Shown here piece after piece: positions 61,192-64,000 of a stretch of DNA of 64,000 nucleotides (positions are counted from its first letter, which is position 1; each line of letters opens with the position of its first letter). Where the stretch lies: contig CM059432.1 of NCBI GenBank assembly GCA_030390025.1, positions 9,610,001 to 9,674,000 of the forward strand, given 5' to 3'. The notes beneath the pieces are model-generated. The model ran no database searches. It saw only the letters and a program-made list of their open reading frames with translations, and had not been told where the DNA came from. The position numbers were made by a program, and so were the translations under genes. This DNA is from Squalus acanthias (Eukaryota).

Positions 61192-61579
61192 GACGTCCTG
61201 AGGTTGTGAAAGGCACAATATCAATGCAAGTCTTTCTTTCTTTCTTTTCTCACTCTGTGCCTACATTACCCCATTACCAGATGATGTTGTGCTGTGCTCT
61301 CCACTGGAGCTTTCCCATCGATCCCCTGGACATGGAATCAGTATATTATGTGGGTCCTGAAATATGGATAGACAACCTCCACTGCCACACCCTTGTCCAC
61401 CAGATCTGTAGCTTCCTCGGGAAAGGTCTCTGGACGCGATACCGATTTTGGAGGGAGCCCAACCTGGAGAACTGTGTCCAATTCTGGCCAACAGAGGGGC
61501 CATCATGGCTTTGGGCCACGCACGGCAAAGGCAATTCACTGGATATTTGGGATAAGGCAAGAAATCCACGACGGGGGAA

Positions 61580-61832
61580 GATGTGGAGAATTTCTTTTAC
61601 GCAGCGAGTTGTTATGATCTGGAATGCGCTGCCTGAAAGGACGGTGAAAGCGGATTCAATAGTAACTTTCAAAAGGGGAATTGGATAAAGACTTGAAAAG
61701 GAAAAATTTGCAGGGCTATGGAGGAAAGAGCTGGGGGAGTGGGACTAGTTGGAGAGCTCTTTCAAAGAGCCGGCACAGGCACAATGGGCCGAATGGCCTC
61801 CTTCTGTGCAGTATCATTCCATGATTCTATGA
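61580..61832 (+). mobile_element. CR1 LINE 3' fragment
   Basis: FTQRVVMIWNALPER plus 3' UTR. Confidence 0.82.
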
Positions 61833-62419
61833 TGGAAGGGAAACTACAGGAATTTAAATTTCAGAAGAAAGGGCTCAGAGAAAGAAAAGATCTTGTCAAA
61901 GTATTCCAGAACTTAGGTGGTAGAGAAAACTGAAGCTTAATAATATGCTGAACAGAGTGACATGGACTCAAACTCAATGAGGAAAGGTGATGAAGCTAAT
62001 TTACCGTGTCCTTAAGTAAATGGGGATGCTGTAACTTGACACAACGAAGCAGCCCGTTCTGGGGACGGGAGGGCTTGTCGGGTTAAACCTCTCTTGATAA
62101 AAGCGGTTAACGCACAAAGGAATTACTTGCGCTTTTGAGAGGAATCGGCAGTGATGTTACAATTGCCTTCAGCCATCTGCTGCTAATGGATGTTTCAGGG
62201 CCAGCTACTAACACCAGTCACCTTTCAGCATGAGCGAGGTAATGGGTCATTCCATCAATATCCAGACATTAAACGAAAGCGCATGGTTTGAGCTAAGTAT
62301 ATATATATAAAAATATATAAATGCAATCAGGGCATCGGTCCGATTTAGTTACAAGAGGTGTTGAGGTGATGGAATGTAACTGTAACTGGGGATGGATTGG
62401 CTGGTTACGGTGTTTTTTT

Positions 62420-62908
62420 ACATTCGTTCCTGGGATGTGGGCGTCGCTGGCAAGGCCAGCGTTTATTGCCCATCCCTAATTGCCCTTGAGAAGGTGGAGG
62501 TGAGCTGCCTTCTTGAACCGCTGCAGTCCGTGGGGTGAAGGTACTCCCACAGTGCTGTTAGGGAGGGAGTTCCAGGATTTTGACCCAGCGACGATGAAGG
62601 ATCGGCGATATACTTCTAAGTCAAGATGGTGTGTGACTTGGAGGGAACTTGGAGGTGGTGGTGTTCCCATGCGCCTGCTGCCCTTGTCCTTCTAGGTGGT
62701 AGAGGTCGCGGGTTTGGGAGGTGCTATCGAAGAAGCCTTAGCGAGTTGCTGCAGTGCATCTTGTAGATGGTACACATTGCAGCCACGGTACGCCGGTGGT
62801 GGAGGGAGTGAATGTTTAAGGTGGTGGATGGGGTGCCAATCAAGCGGGCTGGTTTGTCTTGGATGGTGTCGAGCTTCTTGAGTGTTGTTGGAGCTGCACT
62901 CATCCAAG
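62420..62908 (-). mobile_element. LINE family B 3' fragment
   Basis: Matches 58920-59400. Confidence 0.85.
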
Positions 62909-63014
62909 CCGTGCAGTTTCAAGTCTGCATTGCCCGTTTCCTCCCGACCCCTGAACCCCCATACCCTGAAAATTAGAGCTAGGTTGTTCAGGGGTTATGT
63001 CAGGAAGCACGTCA

Positions 63015-63390
63015 CAGAGCAGGCTGAGGGGTGACCTAATAGAGTACTTTAAGATTATGAAAGGTTTTTGAGAGGGTAGATGTGGAGAAGATGTTTCCAC
63101 TTGTGGAGGGGAATCCAAAACTAGGGGCCATAAATATAAGACAGTCACCAATACATCCAATAGGGAATTCAGGAGAAACTTCTTTACCCAGAGAGTGGTG
63201 AGAATGTGGAACTCGCTATAACAGGGAGTGGTTGAGGCGAACAGTATAGATGGATTTAAGGGGAAGCTAGATAAACACATGAAGGAGGAAGGAATGGAAG
63301 GAAATGCTGATCGGGTGAGATGAAGTAGGGTGGGCAGAGACTCGTGTGGAGCCAGCATTGACCAATTGGGTCGATTGGTCCGTTTCTGTG
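63015..63390 (+). mobile_element. CR1 LINE 3' fragment
   Basis: RLRGDLIE..RGHKYK..FFTQRVVRMWNSL. Confidence 0.82.
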
Positions 63391-63825
63391 ATGTTAGTTC
63401 TATGTAATTAGATTTAATTAATTTACCTTGCAGGTGGTGAATGTGTGAAATGGACTGCCTGAGGGAGACAGTGGAGGTGGATTGTGCTGATAGATTCAAG
63501 AGGGAGTTTGCATGAATATTTAACAAGGGAAGTGATCAAAGGATATGAGAGCGTGATTATATGATAGTTTTCAGACTTTGAGACTGGCTTGATGAATCAC
63601 AATGGTCTTTGCAGTCCTGGACATCCATAACGTTTGTTAATTCATTATAAGGTGCTAAGAATCATAGGAGAAACACTCACGTTTGAATGATCTGTTAGCA
63701 CATTGTCTCCCAGACCCTAGCATTTTTTTAATGAACATATACTTTGTCAATACATAGATTAAACTGAGGAATTTTGTGCTCAAAGATTTAAAAAAAGTTA
63801 AACACCCAATTTTCCCAGATATACT

Positions 63826-63920
63826 AAAAACAGAAAATGCTGGAAACACTCAGCAGGTCAGGCAGCATCTGTGGAGAGAGAAACAGAGTTAACTTTCCAG
63901 GTCGATGACCTTTTGTCAGA
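63826..63920 (-). mobile_element. Penelope family 1 terminal fragment with degenerate hammerhead
   Basis: Minus strand reads TCTGACAAAAGGTCATCGACCTGGAAAGTTAACTCTG. Confidence 0.75.
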
Positions 63921-64000
63921 TAAGGTAATTCATACGGAGGTTAAAAAAAATTTAGGGGGCGTATTTGAAGCAACTCAATATATCTAAATAATCAAACGAT

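Overview
Repeat-saturated vertebrate genomic DNA, most likely from a shark or other elasmobranch: it carries an HE1-type V-SINE and many Deu-domain SacSINE1-like SINEs. I recognise no host protein-coding exon, so the window looks intronic or intergenic. Retroelements: several CR1-group LINE families (one 605-aa uninterrupted RT fragment at 29999-31816), L2 3' ends, two RTE copies with 5' inversions and TSDs, two Penelope-like (GIY-YIG) families carrying minimal hammerhead ribozyme motifs, and a 1.54-kb solo LTR with a 4-bp TSD. One Penelope insertion is a spacer-less 262-bp perfect palindrome with a 14-bp TSD. DNA transposons: a decayed Harbinger (HARBI1-like) transposase, Harbinger-type MITEs and small hAT-type MITEs. 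Also present: an 860-bp polypyrimidine tract and two non-repeat segments with notable stem-loop potential. Repeat boundaries are approximate unless a TSD or TIR is quoted. Family names come from motif recognition, not database searches.
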